From an uncultured Ruminococcus sp. (GTDB taxonomy: Bacteria; Bacillota; Clostridia; Oscillospirales; CAG-382): DNA of 36,009 nucleotides. This document shows, one piece after another, positions 16,224 to 24,967 of this stretch (positions are counted from its first letter, which is position 1; every line of letters begins with the position of its first letter). The position numbers and the translations under genes were made by a program. The stretch spans positions 1 through 36,009 of the forward strand of contig CAZVSW010000002.1 of the NCBI GenBank assembly GCA_964630005.1, read 5' to 3'. A model generated the notes under the pieces. That model ran no database searches. It was not told where the DNA came from and was given only the letters and a program-made list of their open reading frames with translations.

Positions 16224-16252
16224 TTGACAAACGCCCGAAAAAGCGTTATAAT
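16224..16252 (+). promoter_or_regulatory. Consensus sigma-A promoter (TTGACA-17-TATAAT) of the NTase-like/MORN - SLOG - bioY operon
   Basis: TTGACA at 16224..16229, a 17-nt spacer, then TATAAT at 16247..16252. Confidence 0.8.
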
Positions 16253-16287
16253 ACACGGGATAAGCAAGTATAACAAGGAACTGAGCT

Positions 16288-18159
16288 ATGCTTTCTCAAA
16301 ACGAACGTATTACGGTATTGAAGGTGATCGGCGCAGTCATCCGGAACGGTACTGTACCTTTCCCCATGAACGGCACCGACTATAACGCGATATTCAACTG
16401 CGGCGCTTCCCATGGATTCGGCGCATTGCTTTGTCGCGGCTTTAAGGAGATATATCTTCCCTCCGACGTTGCAGAGGCTTACGCAAAAAAAGAAGAGGAT
16501 TTTGAAAAACGCCGCGCCTGCCTGAAAAGGCTTATGCGTCTTCTTGACGAAGCGGGTTATAAATATATGCTTCTCGACGGCGCTGCGCTTATGGGACTTT
16601 ACGGCGACGTGCATCTGCGCTTTGGCAAAGATTTTAATCTGCTGGTTGAAGAAAGCAAGCGCGAATCCATTCGCTATTATATTCAGAAATATGGCTTTTC
16701 TCACGTAAGAGAATGCCGCGGCGCGAATTTCTTTATGAACGGCAACGCGCGTTTTTGCATCATGTCGCTTCAGATGGCGTACGGTAATCGTCTTGACCTT
16801 TGGAAGCGCGCTTCGCTTGCGCCGAATTCCCATTCGGCATATGTGCTTTCTGCGTCTGACAGATATATCTGCGCGATGCTAAAACTTAAACAGCGCCTCG
16901 ACGCCGGTTTCGGCGGCGTAATGCAACTTGTTGATATTTTTGTGCTTAAGCTTGCCATGAGCGGCAGGCTTAACGACGATTATATAAGGGCGGCAGAAGA
17001 AAGACTGGGGCTCGGTATGACTGAAACCCAGGTCGAAAGCGCCTATCACGCACTGTTTTTAGATGAAAATAACATTAAATATAACGATAGTTTTATCGAA
17101 AAAGTTTTTCGCGATGTTCCGTCAAAGCTCCCGGAAAAATATGTTACGCCTGAGCGGCGCAGGTTTTTCAGACGGCTCAAGATCATAACCGCCACGGCGG
17201 CTGTTGCCGGAATTGCGGTTGCCGCCATTTCGATCACGCTTATTATAAGCAACAGATCCTCTCACGACGACCCGATACCCCCTGATAACAGCGAATGGGT
17301 CGGCGAAAGCAGGGAAGTCAAGGAGATCGAGACCGCCTTCGGATACTATAACGGAGAAGTTGACGCCGGCGGTGTTCCGAACGGCCGCGGCACTCTTAAT
17401 TATTATACCGGCGACGTATATGTCGGCGAATTTTCGGGCGGAAAGCGCGACGGCAACGGTAAGACCGTGTTCAAAACCGGCGGAAGCTATGACGGCGAAT
17501 ATAAAAACGACGTCATGTCTGGCAGCGGCACGATGATATACGCAAACGGCGACGTGATAAGCGGCGAATTCAAAAATAATCTGCCAAACGGCAAATGCGA
17601 AGTCAAGTATTCTGACGGCACGGAGTATTCGGGCGAGCTTGCTGACGGCGTACGTAACGGCGAAGGCAGGTTTACGTACCAGAACGGCGATGTGTATACC
17701 GGCAACTTTGAAAACGGCTTCCGCTCCGGATACGGCGAATACCGCTATTCCGGCGGCGCAGTATATAAAGGAAACTGGATCGACGGCGTGCAAAACGGCG
17801 AAGGTACGTTCAAGGACAAGCTTGGCGAATATGAAGGTAACTTTTCCGGCGGCGTTTTTGCAGGTAAGGGCACATATAAATATACCAACGGCGACATATA
17901 TGTCGGCGATTGGAAAAACGGAAAGCCGCATGGCAGCGGCAAGCTCACCAGCGGCGGCGAAGTTTATGAAGGCAGCTTCCAGAACGGTATAATCAGCGGC
18001 AGCGGGCAAAAAACGTTTGCCAACGGCGATATCGCAAAGGGTACGTTTGTAAACGGAAAGCTGGAAGGAAACGCCGAATACTTTTTCAAGACCTACGGAT
18101 ACTGGCGCAAGGTGCTTTATAAGGACGGAAAGCTGGTGAAGTATCTTGATGAGAATTGA
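16288..18159 (+). CDS. Nucleotidyltransferase-like (NTP_transf_5-like, apparently degenerate) domain, one TM helix and a MORN-repeat domain
   Basis: 623 aa. The N-terminal ~270 aa resemble the uncharacterised-nucleotidyltransferase family (..YMLLDGAALMGLYGDVHLRFGKDFNLLV..). The TM helix is IITATAAVAGIAVAAISITLIIS. About 11 MORN units follow, of the type YxGexxxGxxxGxG. Confidence 0.75.
   Translation: MLSQNERITVLKVIGAVIRNGTVPFPMNGTDYNAIFNCGASHGFGALLCRGFKEIYLPSDVAEAYAKKEEDFEKRRACLKRLMRLLDEAGYKYMLLDGAALMGLYGDVHLRFGKDFNLLVEESKRESIRYYIQKYGFSHVRECRGANFFMNGNARFCIMSLQMAYGNRLDLWKRASLAPNSHSAYVLSASDRYICAMLKLKQRLDAGFGGVMQLVDIFVLKLAMSGRLNDDYIRAAEERLGLGMTETQVESAYHALFLDENNIKYNDSFIEKVFRDVPSKLPEKYVTPERRRFFRRLKIITATAAVAGIAVAAISITLIISNRSSHDDPIPPDNSEWVGESREVKEIETAFGYYNGEVDAGGVPNGRGTLNYYTGDVYVGEFSGGKRDGNGKTVFKTGGSYDGEYKNDVMSGSGTMIYANGDVISGEFKNNLPNGKCEVKYSDGTEYSGELADGVRNGEGRFTYQNGDVYTGNFENGFRSGYGEYRYSGGAVYKGNWIDGVQNGEGTFKDKLGEYEGNFSGGVFAGKGTYKYTNGDIYVGDWKNGKPHGSGKLTSGGEVYEGSFQNGIISGSGQKTFANGDIAKGTFVNGKLEGNAEYFFKTYGYWRKVLYKDGKLVKYLDEN
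17344..18090 (+). repeat. About 11 tandem MORN repeats (about 69-nt period) within the CDS
   Basis: Repeated units include YVGEFSGGKRDGNGKTVF, YDGEYKNDVMSGSGTMIY, YTGNFENGFRSGYGEYRY and YVGDWKNGKPHGSGKLT. Confidence 0.85.
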
Positions 18160-18168
18160 GAACCAGGT

Positions 18169-18510
18169 ATGAAGGTGGCTGTAATAGGTTCGAGAAGCCT
18201 TGCTGTCTCATGCGAACAGCTCGAAAAGCTGCTTCCGCCCGGTACAGACGAGATCATTTCCGGCGGCGCGGTAGGCGTCGATACTTCGGCTGAGCTTTAC
18301 GCCGATGAGCACCGCATTTCAAAGCATATAATCCTCCCGGATTATAACAGATACGGTAAGAATGCGCCCGCCATCCGCGATATGCGTATCGTTCAGCTCG
18401 CCGATATTGTCATTGCCGTTTGGGACGGCAGGTCTACCGGAACCGCGTTTTCCGTAAAATATGCAAGAGAGATCGGAAAACCGGTTAAGGTATATAAAAA
18501 AAATATGTAG
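18169..18510 (+). CDS. Small SLOG-superfamily protein (DUF2493 / YspA-like)
   Basis: 113 aa: MKVAVIGSRS...IISGGAVGVDTSAELYA...PDYNRYGKNAPAIRDMRIVQLADIVIAVWDGRSTGTAFSVKYAREIGKPV. This fits the SLOG/DprA-LOG Rossmann pattern (G-S-R, GGA-G-D, GT). It starts 9 nt after the upstream stop. Confidence 0.7.
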   Translation: MKVAVIGSRSLAVSCEQLEKLLPPGTDEIISGGAVGVDTSAELYADEHRISKHIILPDYNRYGKNAPAIRDMRIVQLADIVIAVWDGRSTGTAFSVKYAREIGKPVKVYKKNM

Positions 18511-18529
18511 AAAACAGCAGGTGTTTTTT

Positions 18530-19075
18530 ATGCAAAAGACAAAAAGTAAGATTCTATCAACAACATATATAGCGCTGTTTGCCGCGCTTATTGCGGTTTG
18601 CGCGTACATAACCATTCCGCTCCCGTTCGGAGTGCCGTTCACGATGCAGACGTTCGGAGTCTTTGCGGCTCTTGCCATATTGGGCGGCAGACGCGGTACG
18701 GCGGCTATCTCCGCCTATATACTGCTCGGCGCGGTAGGAGTTCCCGTTTTTGCGGGCTTCAGAGGCGGCGTTTCGGTCCTTCTCGGACCGACCGGCGGAT
18801 ATATTGCCGGCTTCATCGCGGCTGCTCTTGTCTATTGGCTCATCACTTCCCGTCGGAATACAATGCCGGTCAGGATAATGGCAATGGTTGCGGTCATGGC
18901 GACATACTACGCGTTCGGTACGGTATGGTATGCGGCAGTTACCGGCGGCGGTATCGCAGGTCTTGCCGCGGCGGTTGTAAAATGCGTTTTGCCGTTTGTG
19001 ATTCCGGATGCGGTGAAGTGCGCGGCGGCCCTTGTGATCTCCAAACGTATAAATTCAAAATTCATCGGGCTTTAA
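18530..19075 (+). CDS. bioY: Biotin ECF-transporter S component BioY
   Basis: Track ORF 18461..19075 trimmed to ATG 18530. The sequence MQKTKSKILSTTYIALFAALIAVCAYITIPLPFGVPFTMQTFGVFAALAILGGRRG...LLGPTGGYIAGF matches BioY. Confidence 0.85.
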   Translation: MQKTKSKILSTTYIALFAALIAVCAYITIPLPFGVPFTMQTFGVFAALAILGGRRGTAAISAYILLGAVGVPVFAGFRGGVSVLLGPTGGYIAGFIAAALVYWLITSRRNTMPVRIMAMVAVMATYYAFGTVWYAAVTGGGIAGLAAAVVKCVLPFVIPDAVKCAAALVISKRINSKFIGL

Positions 19076-19085
19076 GATATAAGAG

Positions 19086-19116
19086 CCGGCTGTTTGGCAA
19101 GGGAACAAACAGCCGG
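19086..19116 (+). terminator. First hairpin downstream of bioY (no T-tail)
   Basis: 11-bp stem CCGGCTGTTTG / CAAACAGCCGG with a 9-nt loop. Confidence 0.5.
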
Positions 19117-19149
19117 ATCAACGCAAAAACAAACTACGTTTTTCTCCGC
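19117..19149 (+). repeat. Intergenic repeat family 1, copy C (atcaacgcaaaaacaaactacgtttttctccgc)
   Basis: Matches 2698..2730 at 29/33 positions and lies between two hairpins. Confidence 0.7.
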
Positions 19150-19152
19150 TTT

Positions 19153-19190
19153 GACGCCGCAACATCTGGTTGCGGCGTCTCGGTTTTGTT
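19153..19190 (+). terminator. Rho-independent terminator of the bioY operon
   Basis: GACGCCGCAAC / GTTGCGGCGTC stem with a 5-nt loop, followed by TCGGTTTTGTT. Confidence 0.85.
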
Positions 19191-19226
19191 GCAAGCATAG
19201 ATAGAGATTGCAAGCATAGATTGAAA
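19189..19226 (+). repeat. Tandem 19-bp direct repeat TTGCAAGCATAGAT(agaga/tgaaa)
   Basis: Units at 19189..19207 and 19208..19226 are identical over their first 14 nt. More TTGCAT(a/t)TATA motifs occur at 19270 and 19312, upstream of the ABC promoter. Confidence 0.7.
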
Positions 19227-19345
19227 TTCCCGAAAAAACGAGTCATACCAATGACTGTTATGCGCTTTGTTGCATATATAAACACAAAATGTACATCACT
19301 TGAACCAAAAATTGCATTTATATGTCAAAAAAACTCAATCTCTAC

Positions 19346-19375
19346 TTGACAAACGGTGAAACTGTATGTTATAAT
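19346..19375 (+). promoter_or_regulatory. Promoter of the ABC transporter operon (TTGACA-18-TGtTATAAT)
   Basis: TTGACA at 19346..19351, TG at 19367..19368 and TATAAT at 19370..19375. A structured leader of about 100 nt follows. Confidence 0.75.
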
Positions 19376-19480
19376 TAATGTGATTAAATTATGTGTCGCC
19401 GCACTCTTTGGTTGCCGAGTCGGTGGCGTCAAGTGTACTGGCGACGCATGAAATATCTAAAAAAGGAGTTTTCAATTCTT

Positions 19481-21997
19481 ATGAAACGCAAATTTACTGC
19501 TGTAATCGCGTTCGTACTTGTTTGTTGTCTCATGATGGCTATGTTTGCTTCCTGCAATAAGCCCGAAGACAACGAAAGCTCTGATGTATCTACACCGAGT
19601 GAACACGAACACGTTACATTTGACCCCAACAAGGATTACGTTTACAAGGATGCAGTAAGTACTCTCGCTGCAAACTGGAATCCTCACACCTGGCAGGTTG
19701 AATCTGATCAATATCCTCTTCTGTATACCCAGGTCGGCCTTTACGATTTCGTCTTCAATGACGAGCTTCATCCCTCCGAGGTTGAAGGCATAGAACCCTA
19801 TGCGGGATATGTCATCATCCCCGAAATGGCTGCCGAACTGCCTGTCGATGTTACCGAAGACGTTAAGAAGATCGACAATAACAAATATGGCATTCCCGAA
19901 AGTGCTACCAAGGGATACGCTTATAAGATCAAGCTGAATCCCAACGCTAAGTGGAGCAATGGCGAAGCCATCAATGCCGACACATGGATCTACTCCGCTC
20001 AGAAGCTCTTCGATCCGAAGCTTCTTAATTACCGTGCTACCGACGCATATGCCGGCGCTTTCTCTATCGCTAACGCCGAAAAATATGCAAGAGCAGGTCA
20101 GCCCGGCGTCAAAAACTATAGTGCTATCGGCATGACCGTTGAAGAATACGTTGCACAGGGCGGCAAGGTCGAAGACCTTCTTGTCGATATGTCAGGCTTC
20201 TGGAACGTCAGCTCCGCCGACGGTCTTAGCTACGCTTCCGTTACCGATGACAGAATGGTTCGTGACGAAGCTATTCCGGAAGGCGAAGACGAGGACTATG
20301 TTTCCGCTAAATATCTCTATGATAATTATCTCGCTCCCGGCGCTCCCTATGCCCCTTATGCAGGCATGTACCTCGGAACAGGCGAACTCTTCACCTATGA
20401 TAAAGACTACTCCTTTGATAATGTAGGTATCTACAAGACAGGCGATTACGAAATCACTGTTGTGCTTTCCAAATCCCTTACCGATTTCTACCTCCTTTAC
20501 TATATCGGCGGTTGGGCACCTCTGGTTTACGAACCCCTTTATGAATCCTGCCTCAGCCAGGACGAAAACGGCGTTTGGTCCAGCAACTATTGCACCAGCC
20601 TCGAAACCTCTATCTCCTACGGTCCTTACAAGATGGACTCCTATCAGAGCGGCAGCTCCATGAGCTTCGTTAAGAATGAATACTGGTATGGCTACACCGA
20701 CGGCAAACATACCTATGTTGACCCCACCGATAACAAGATCTATGACATGTATCAGACCACCAAGATCACAACTCTCGTTGTTGGCGAAGCAGCCACCCGT
20801 AAGGAGATGTTCCTCAAAGGTCAGGTAATGTCCTATGGTCTCCAGGCAGAAGACTTCGAACAGTACAGAAGCAGCGAATCTTGCTTCTTTACTCCCGACG
20901 AAACCATCTATTTCTTCATCTTCAACGGCCATGTTGACGCTATCAAGAACCGTGAAGCAAACGATGGCTTCGATCAGACCAAGTACGATCTCGAAACCCT
21001 GACACTTGAATCCTTCCGCAGAGCAGTTGCCGTTACATACGACAAAGAAGCTCTCTGTACCGCAATCTCCCCCGCACGTTCCGGCGGTTACGGTATTATC
21101 GGTAACAACTATATCTATGACCCCGTATCCGGCGCTAAGTACCGTGATACCGATCAGGCTAAGAAGGCTCTTTGCAATTTCTACTCTGTTGACGTAAGCA
21201 AGTACGCCGACCTCGACGCAGCCGTTGATTCTATCACCGGTTACGACCCTGTCGCCGCAAAAGAACTCTATCAGACGGCATTCGAAGAAGCTCTTGAAAA
21301 AGGCTTCATCACCTCCAAAGACGGCAAGACCTGCGATCAGACCATCGAGATCGAATACGCTGCAAGCGACATTGACTCCTTCCAGGAAAAGATCGTTGAC
21401 TATCTTACCAAGATGATGGGCGAAGTAACTGTCGGCACTCCTTTCGAAGGCAAGATCGTCTTCAAGCTTTCTGCTCCTCTCGGCAACGGCTGGTCCGATA
21501 ACATCAAGAACGGTCTCTCCGATACCGTGCTCGGCGGTTGGGGCGGCAGCGCTCTTGACCCCTATGCTCTTACCGACCTTTACGTCAACCCTGCTTATAC
21601 GTTCGACGCAGGCTGGTTCGATGCTAACAAGATCAATATGACCGTTAATATTGACGGCAGCGACCTCACCATGACCCTTTACCAGTGGTCCGACGCTCTT
21701 AACGGTCTCACCGTTACTGTCGGCGGCAAGGACTATAACTTCGGTTACGGTCAGGCTGATAACGAAGTAAGACTTACCATTCTCGCCGCTTTCGAAAACA
21801 CCATTCTTCAGACCTATGACTATATCCCCATGATCCAGAATGCAGGCGCTTCGCTCCTCTCTCACCAGGTTTACAACGTAATCGATGAGTACAACGCAAT
21901 TCTCGGTCGCGGCGGTATCGCATACATGAAGTATAACTACGACGAACAGGCTTGGAAGGACTTCGTTGCTCAGCAGGGCGGCACTCTCAGCTACTAA
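19481..21997 (+). CDS. Oversized (838 aa) family-5 ABC substrate-binding lipoprotein (Opp/Dpp type)
   Basis: Track ORF 19391..21997 trimmed to ATG 19481, with AAAGGAG upstream. The lipoprotein signal is MKRKFTAVIAFVLVCCLMMAMFASC. It is followed by cognate Opp-type permeases and ATPases. Family assignment rests on context and general SBP_bac_5 resemblance only. Confidence 0.75.
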   Translation: MKRKFTAVIAFVLVCCLMMAMFASCNKPEDNESSDVSTPSEHEHVTFDPNKDYVYKDAVSTLAANWNPHTWQVESDQYPLLYTQVGLYDFVFNDELHPSEVEGIEPYAGYVIIPEMAAELPVDVTEDVKKIDNNKYGIPESATKGYAYKIKLNPNAKWSNGEAINADTWIYSAQKLFDPKLLNYRATDAYAGAFSIANAEKYARAGQPGVKNYSAIGMTVEEYVAQGGKVEDLLVDMSGFWNVSSADGLSYASVTDDRMVRDEAIPEGEDEDYVSAKYLYDNYLAPGAPYAPYAGMYLGTGELFTYDKDYSFDNVGIYKTGDYEITVVLSKSLTDFYLLYYIGGWAPLVYEPLYESCLSQDENGVWSSNYCTSLETSISYGPYKMDSYQSGSSMSFVKNEYWYGYTDGKHTYVDPTDNKIYDMYQTTKITTLVVGEAATRKEMFLKGQVMSYGLQAEDFEQYRSSESCFFTPDETIYFFIFNGHVDAIKNREANDGFDQTKYDLETLTLESFRRAVAVTYDKEALCTAISPARSGGYGIIGNNYIYDPVSGAKYRDTDQAKKALCNFYSVDVSKYADLDAAVDSITGYDPVAAKELYQTAFEEALEKGFITSKDGKTCDQTIEIEYAASDIDSFQEKIVDYLTKMMGEVTVGTPFEGKIVFKLSAPLGNGWSDNIKNGLSDTVLGGWGGSALDPYALTDLYVNPAYTFDAGWFDANKINMTVNIDGSDLTMTLYQWSDALNGLTVTVGGKDYNFGYGQADNEVRLTILAAFENTILQTYDYIPMIQNAGASLLSHQVYNVIDEYNAILGRGGIAYMKYNYDEQAWKDFVAQQGGTLSY

Positions 21998-22030
21998 TAT
22001 CGTCTTAGATATTTACTTTTAATTTAATTT

Positions 22031-22064
22031 TCAGTATCGAAGCGCTTATGCGCTTCGATACTGA
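22031..22064 (+). terminator. Strong intra-operon hairpin after the SBP gene (attenuating terminator or mRNA stabiliser)
   Basis: 15-bp stem TCAGTATCGAAGCGC / GCGCTTCGATACTGA with a TTAT loop. The T-tail is weak (GTCCATTTATT). Confidence 0.65.
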
Positions 22065-22186
22065 GTCCATTTATTAATATCAACACCGCTTTAAGCGTTT
22101 GATAACATACATGCTCAGACGCTTGATATGCAAAATAAAGATGGGCCGGAAAACAGCTTTTTAGCTCGTCTTCCGGTCGCTTTTCT

Positions 22187-22239
22187 TTAAGACAATACCA
22201 CGCAGTCCTGTCGTCAGAATTATGCGGTATCGCCTTAAA
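22187..22239. repeat. Hairpin repeat family 2, copy 2
   Basis: TTAAGACAATACC...GAATTATGCGGTATCGCCTTAAA. The arms match 9577..9616, and the loop carries about 10 extra nt. Confidence 0.6.
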
Positions 22240-22411
22240 CCTGAACGGAAATTTCGGGACATTTAATCAGAACGTCCATTCGGTTGCTCCTCAGACTCTC
22301 GCGCCGAGAGGAGCGCATGACCTTACTGCAAATATCAGCGCGAGCGATCAATATGCTTGCAGGCCCGAAGGTTTACAAGCAAAAAATTATAATAAGTTCG
22401 GAGGATTTTAA

Positions 22412-23401
22412 ATGCTCAAATCTACACTGAAATATATAGTTCAAAGAATAGCGCTGATGCTATTTACACTTCTGATTATATCGTTTATCTGCTTCGTACT
22501 TATTAGAATGCTTCCGCCCGTTGAGCTCCCTGCCGGAGACCCCCACTCCGCTATCATCGAAGCACAGCGTGAAGCTAAAGGCTATAACAAGCCTTATATG
22601 GTTCAGTTCGGCATCTTTCTTCGTGATATATTCACAAGATTTGACTGGGGTCTCAGCGACTACCTTTTCAGAGGTCAGTCGGTTGTTGCCGTATTTGCCG
22701 GCAAGCTCCCCGCAACCATTATTATCAACATATTGTCGATTATTCTGAGCATTCCTATCGGTATCGCATTTGGTATTTTTGCCGCACTCAAGAAAAATAC
22801 ATGGATCGACCACACCATTTCAACTGTTACGATGGTGTCGATCTCGGTACCGTCGTTTGTGTATGCTTTTATCATACAGTATTTCCTTTCTTTCAAGCTC
22901 GGCTGGTTTCCTTTCCTTTTCGGAACAAATATCCACAGCGAACCGCTTGTCGGCTCGTCCTATCTGACCTGGCCCTATATCTACAGTATGCTGCCGGCGG
23001 TGCTTGCGCTTTCCTTCCCCGTTATTGCCGGCTTCACACGTACAACCCGTGCGGAGCTTACCGAAGTTCTTACTAACGAGTATATGCTCCTTGCCCGCAC
23101 CAAGGGTCTCACAAAAACACAGGCAACTGTCCGCCATGCTTTCAGAAACTGCATGGTCGTCGTCGTCCCCGAGATCTTCGGTGAATTCATCGGCGTCATG
23201 AGCGGTTCTCTCATTATCGAAAAGATATTCTCCGTTCCCGGTATCGGCGGCTTGTACCTCAATTCCATCAACGCGCGCGACTATCCTCTGTTTATGATGC
23301 TTACGGTATTCTATACGGTCGTAGGTCTGCTCGCCGCAATCGTTGTCGATATCAGCTACAGCTTTATCGATCCCCGTATTCGCGTCGGCTCAAAAAAGTA
23401 A
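22412..23401 (+). CDS. ABC transporter permease (OppB/DppB type)
   Basis: 329 aa and polytopic, with the EAA-region motif LLARTKGLTKTQATVRHAFRNC. GGAGG precedes the ATG. Confidence 0.9.
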   Translation: MLKSTLKYIVQRIALMLFTLLIISFICFVLIRMLPPVELPAGDPHSAIIEAQREAKGYNKPYMVQFGIFLRDIFTRFDWGLSDYLFRGQSVVAVFAGKLPATIIINILSIILSIPIGIAFGIFAALKKNTWIDHTISTVTMVSISVPSFVYAFIIQYFLSFKLGWFPFLFGTNIHSEPLVGSSYLTWPYIYSMLPAVLALSFPVIAGFTRTTRAELTEVLTNEYMLLARTKGLTKTQATVRHAFRNCMVVVVPEIFGEFIGVMSGSLIIEKIFSVPGIGGLYLNSINARDYPLFMMLTVFYTVVGLLAAIVVDISYSFIDPRIRVGSKK

Positions 23402-23419
23402 TGTAAGAAAGGAACGGCT

Positions 23420-24967
23420 ATGGAAAACAACAACGCTAAAGGTATGGAAAACATCCCTGCGGAAATGTTTGAATTTGCGCAGGAAAGTGTTGCCATTCAC
23501 GATAAAAAACTCTCCACAAAACAGCGCGGCTATTTCGCCGATGCATTTCAACGTTTTAAGAAAAACAAATCATCGCTCGTTGCTGCCTGCATTATCGGCT
23601 TTCTCGTTCTTTATGCATTGATCGTACCGATCGTCTCGCCATATACGGTTAAAGATAAGAACAATGTGTATGTCAATTATCCTCCGTTCATCCCCAGCTT
23701 CGCGGAAAGCAAGAGCGGAATCTTCAACGGCGGCATCACTTATGATGACCAAAGCGAATTCCAGCTCCAGGCGTGGCACGCTATCGGTCAGGAGACCGGT
23801 CGTGACCCCGTTATAAGTATCAACGGTTTTAAAGAAGTTGAATCTATTAAGCGCGGTCAGAAGGTCAAGACCAAGTACTATTCTATCGATATCGACCGTT
23901 ACTACGGCGTAGGTATACGCACTCAGGTCATTTCCTATGAGGAATTCCAGCGCATTCAGGATTGGCAGAACGAAAATAATATTCAGGTGCTTTATCCGGT
24001 TGTAAGCCCTAAGGATATCGAGGGTATCAACAACAACCCCAACATCTGGTACAAGGTCTCCGACTCCAGAGGTACTCCGATAAAGGACAGCGACGGCAAT
24101 CTCATCCCTGCATACAGCACCGATGCAAGCATTGCCGGTCCGGTCGAATATAACAGCATCCGCATTGCAGGCGACGACGGCTCGTATATTTACAGCCTTG
24201 GTAAATCGGGCTCGCTTCAGTGCCGCGTTGACTATTATAACTATTATATCTACCTTAACGGCAGAGAACCCTACTTCATCTTCGGCACAAACACCATGGG
24301 TCAGGATCTTTTCACCGCCATTGCTATAGGCGCAAGATTCTCGCTCATCTTCGCAATCGTCGTTTCCGCGATCAACCTCACAATCGGCGCGATCTACGGC
24401 GCTATTCAGGGCTACTACGGCGGCATTCTCGACCTTATTATGGACCGTATCGCCGATATACTCTCGGGCGTTCCGTTTATCGTTGTCGCAACTCTGTTCC
24501 AGCTCCATCTCGCTCAAAGGGTGGGCACGGTGGTCTCGTTCCTGTTCGCCTTTGTCCTGACCGGCTGGCTGGGCATGGCGGCACTCACAAGAACACAGTT
24601 CTACCGTTTCAAGGGTCAGGAATTTGTCTATGCCGCAAAAACCCTTGGCGCGTCGGACAGACGGCTTATGTTCAAGCACATTTTCCCCAACTCATTGGGT
24701 ACGATAATCACCAGCTGCGCACTGGTAATCCCCGGCGTTATCGGTTCTGAAACCAACCTTACCTACCTCGGTATAGTTAACCTTTCCGAATTTGCCGGAA
24801 CGACTGTCGGCGTTCTTATGGCGCAGGGACAGACGGTCATGACGACCTCGCCTCACGCCATGTTCTATCCGGCGATCTTTGTCTCCCTCCTGCTTATATC
24901 CTTTAACCTGTTCGGCAACGGTCTCCGTGACGCCTTCAATCCTTCCACGAGAGGAGCTGACGACTGA
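23420..24967 (+). CDS. ABC transporter permease (OppC/DppC type) with a ~210-aa extracytoplasmic insertion after TM1
   Basis: 515 aa versus about 300 aa typical. TM1 is SSLVAACIIGFLVLYALIV, followed by a long soluble segment up to about aa 290. The conserved core includes AAKTLGASDRRLMFKHIFPNSLG. Confidence 0.88.
   Translation: MENNNAKGMENIPAEMFEFAQESVAIHDKKLSTKQRGYFADAFQRFKKNKSSLVAACIIGFLVLYALIVPIVSPYTVKDKNNVYVNYPPFIPSFAESKSGIFNGGITYDDQSEFQLQAWHAIGQETGRDPVISINGFKEVESIKRGQKVKTKYYSIDIDRYYGVGIRTQVISYEEFQRIQDWQNENNIQVLYPVVSPKDIEGINNNPNIWYKVSDSRGTPIKDSDGNLIPAYSTDASIAGPVEYNSIRIAGDDGSYIYSLGKSGSLQCRVDYYNYYIYLNGREPYFIFGTNTMGQDLFTAIAIGARFSLIFAIVVSAINLTIGAIYGAIQGYYGGILDLIMDRIADILSGVPFIVVATLFQLHLAQRVGTVVSFLFAFVLTGWLGMAALTRTQFYRFKGQEFVYAAKTLGASDRRLMFKHIFPNSLGTIITSCALVIPGVIGSETNLTYLGIVNLSEFAGTTVGVLMAQGQTVMTTSPHAMFYPAIFVSLLLISFNLFGNGLRDAFNPSTRGADD

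Noticed and set aside
17344-18090. Regular ~69-nt periodicity that could be mistaken for a repeat array or CRISPR-like structure.
   Set aside because: It is in-frame coding periodicity from MORN repeats. There are no identical direct repeats with unique spacers. No CRISPR array was seen anywhere in the window.
18598-19200. 200-aa Arg/Gly/Cys-rich ORF overlapping bioY in another plus-strand frame.
   Set aside because: The bioY frame gives a canonical polytopic BioY sequence. The alternative frame is compositionally implausible and runs through the bioY terminators.
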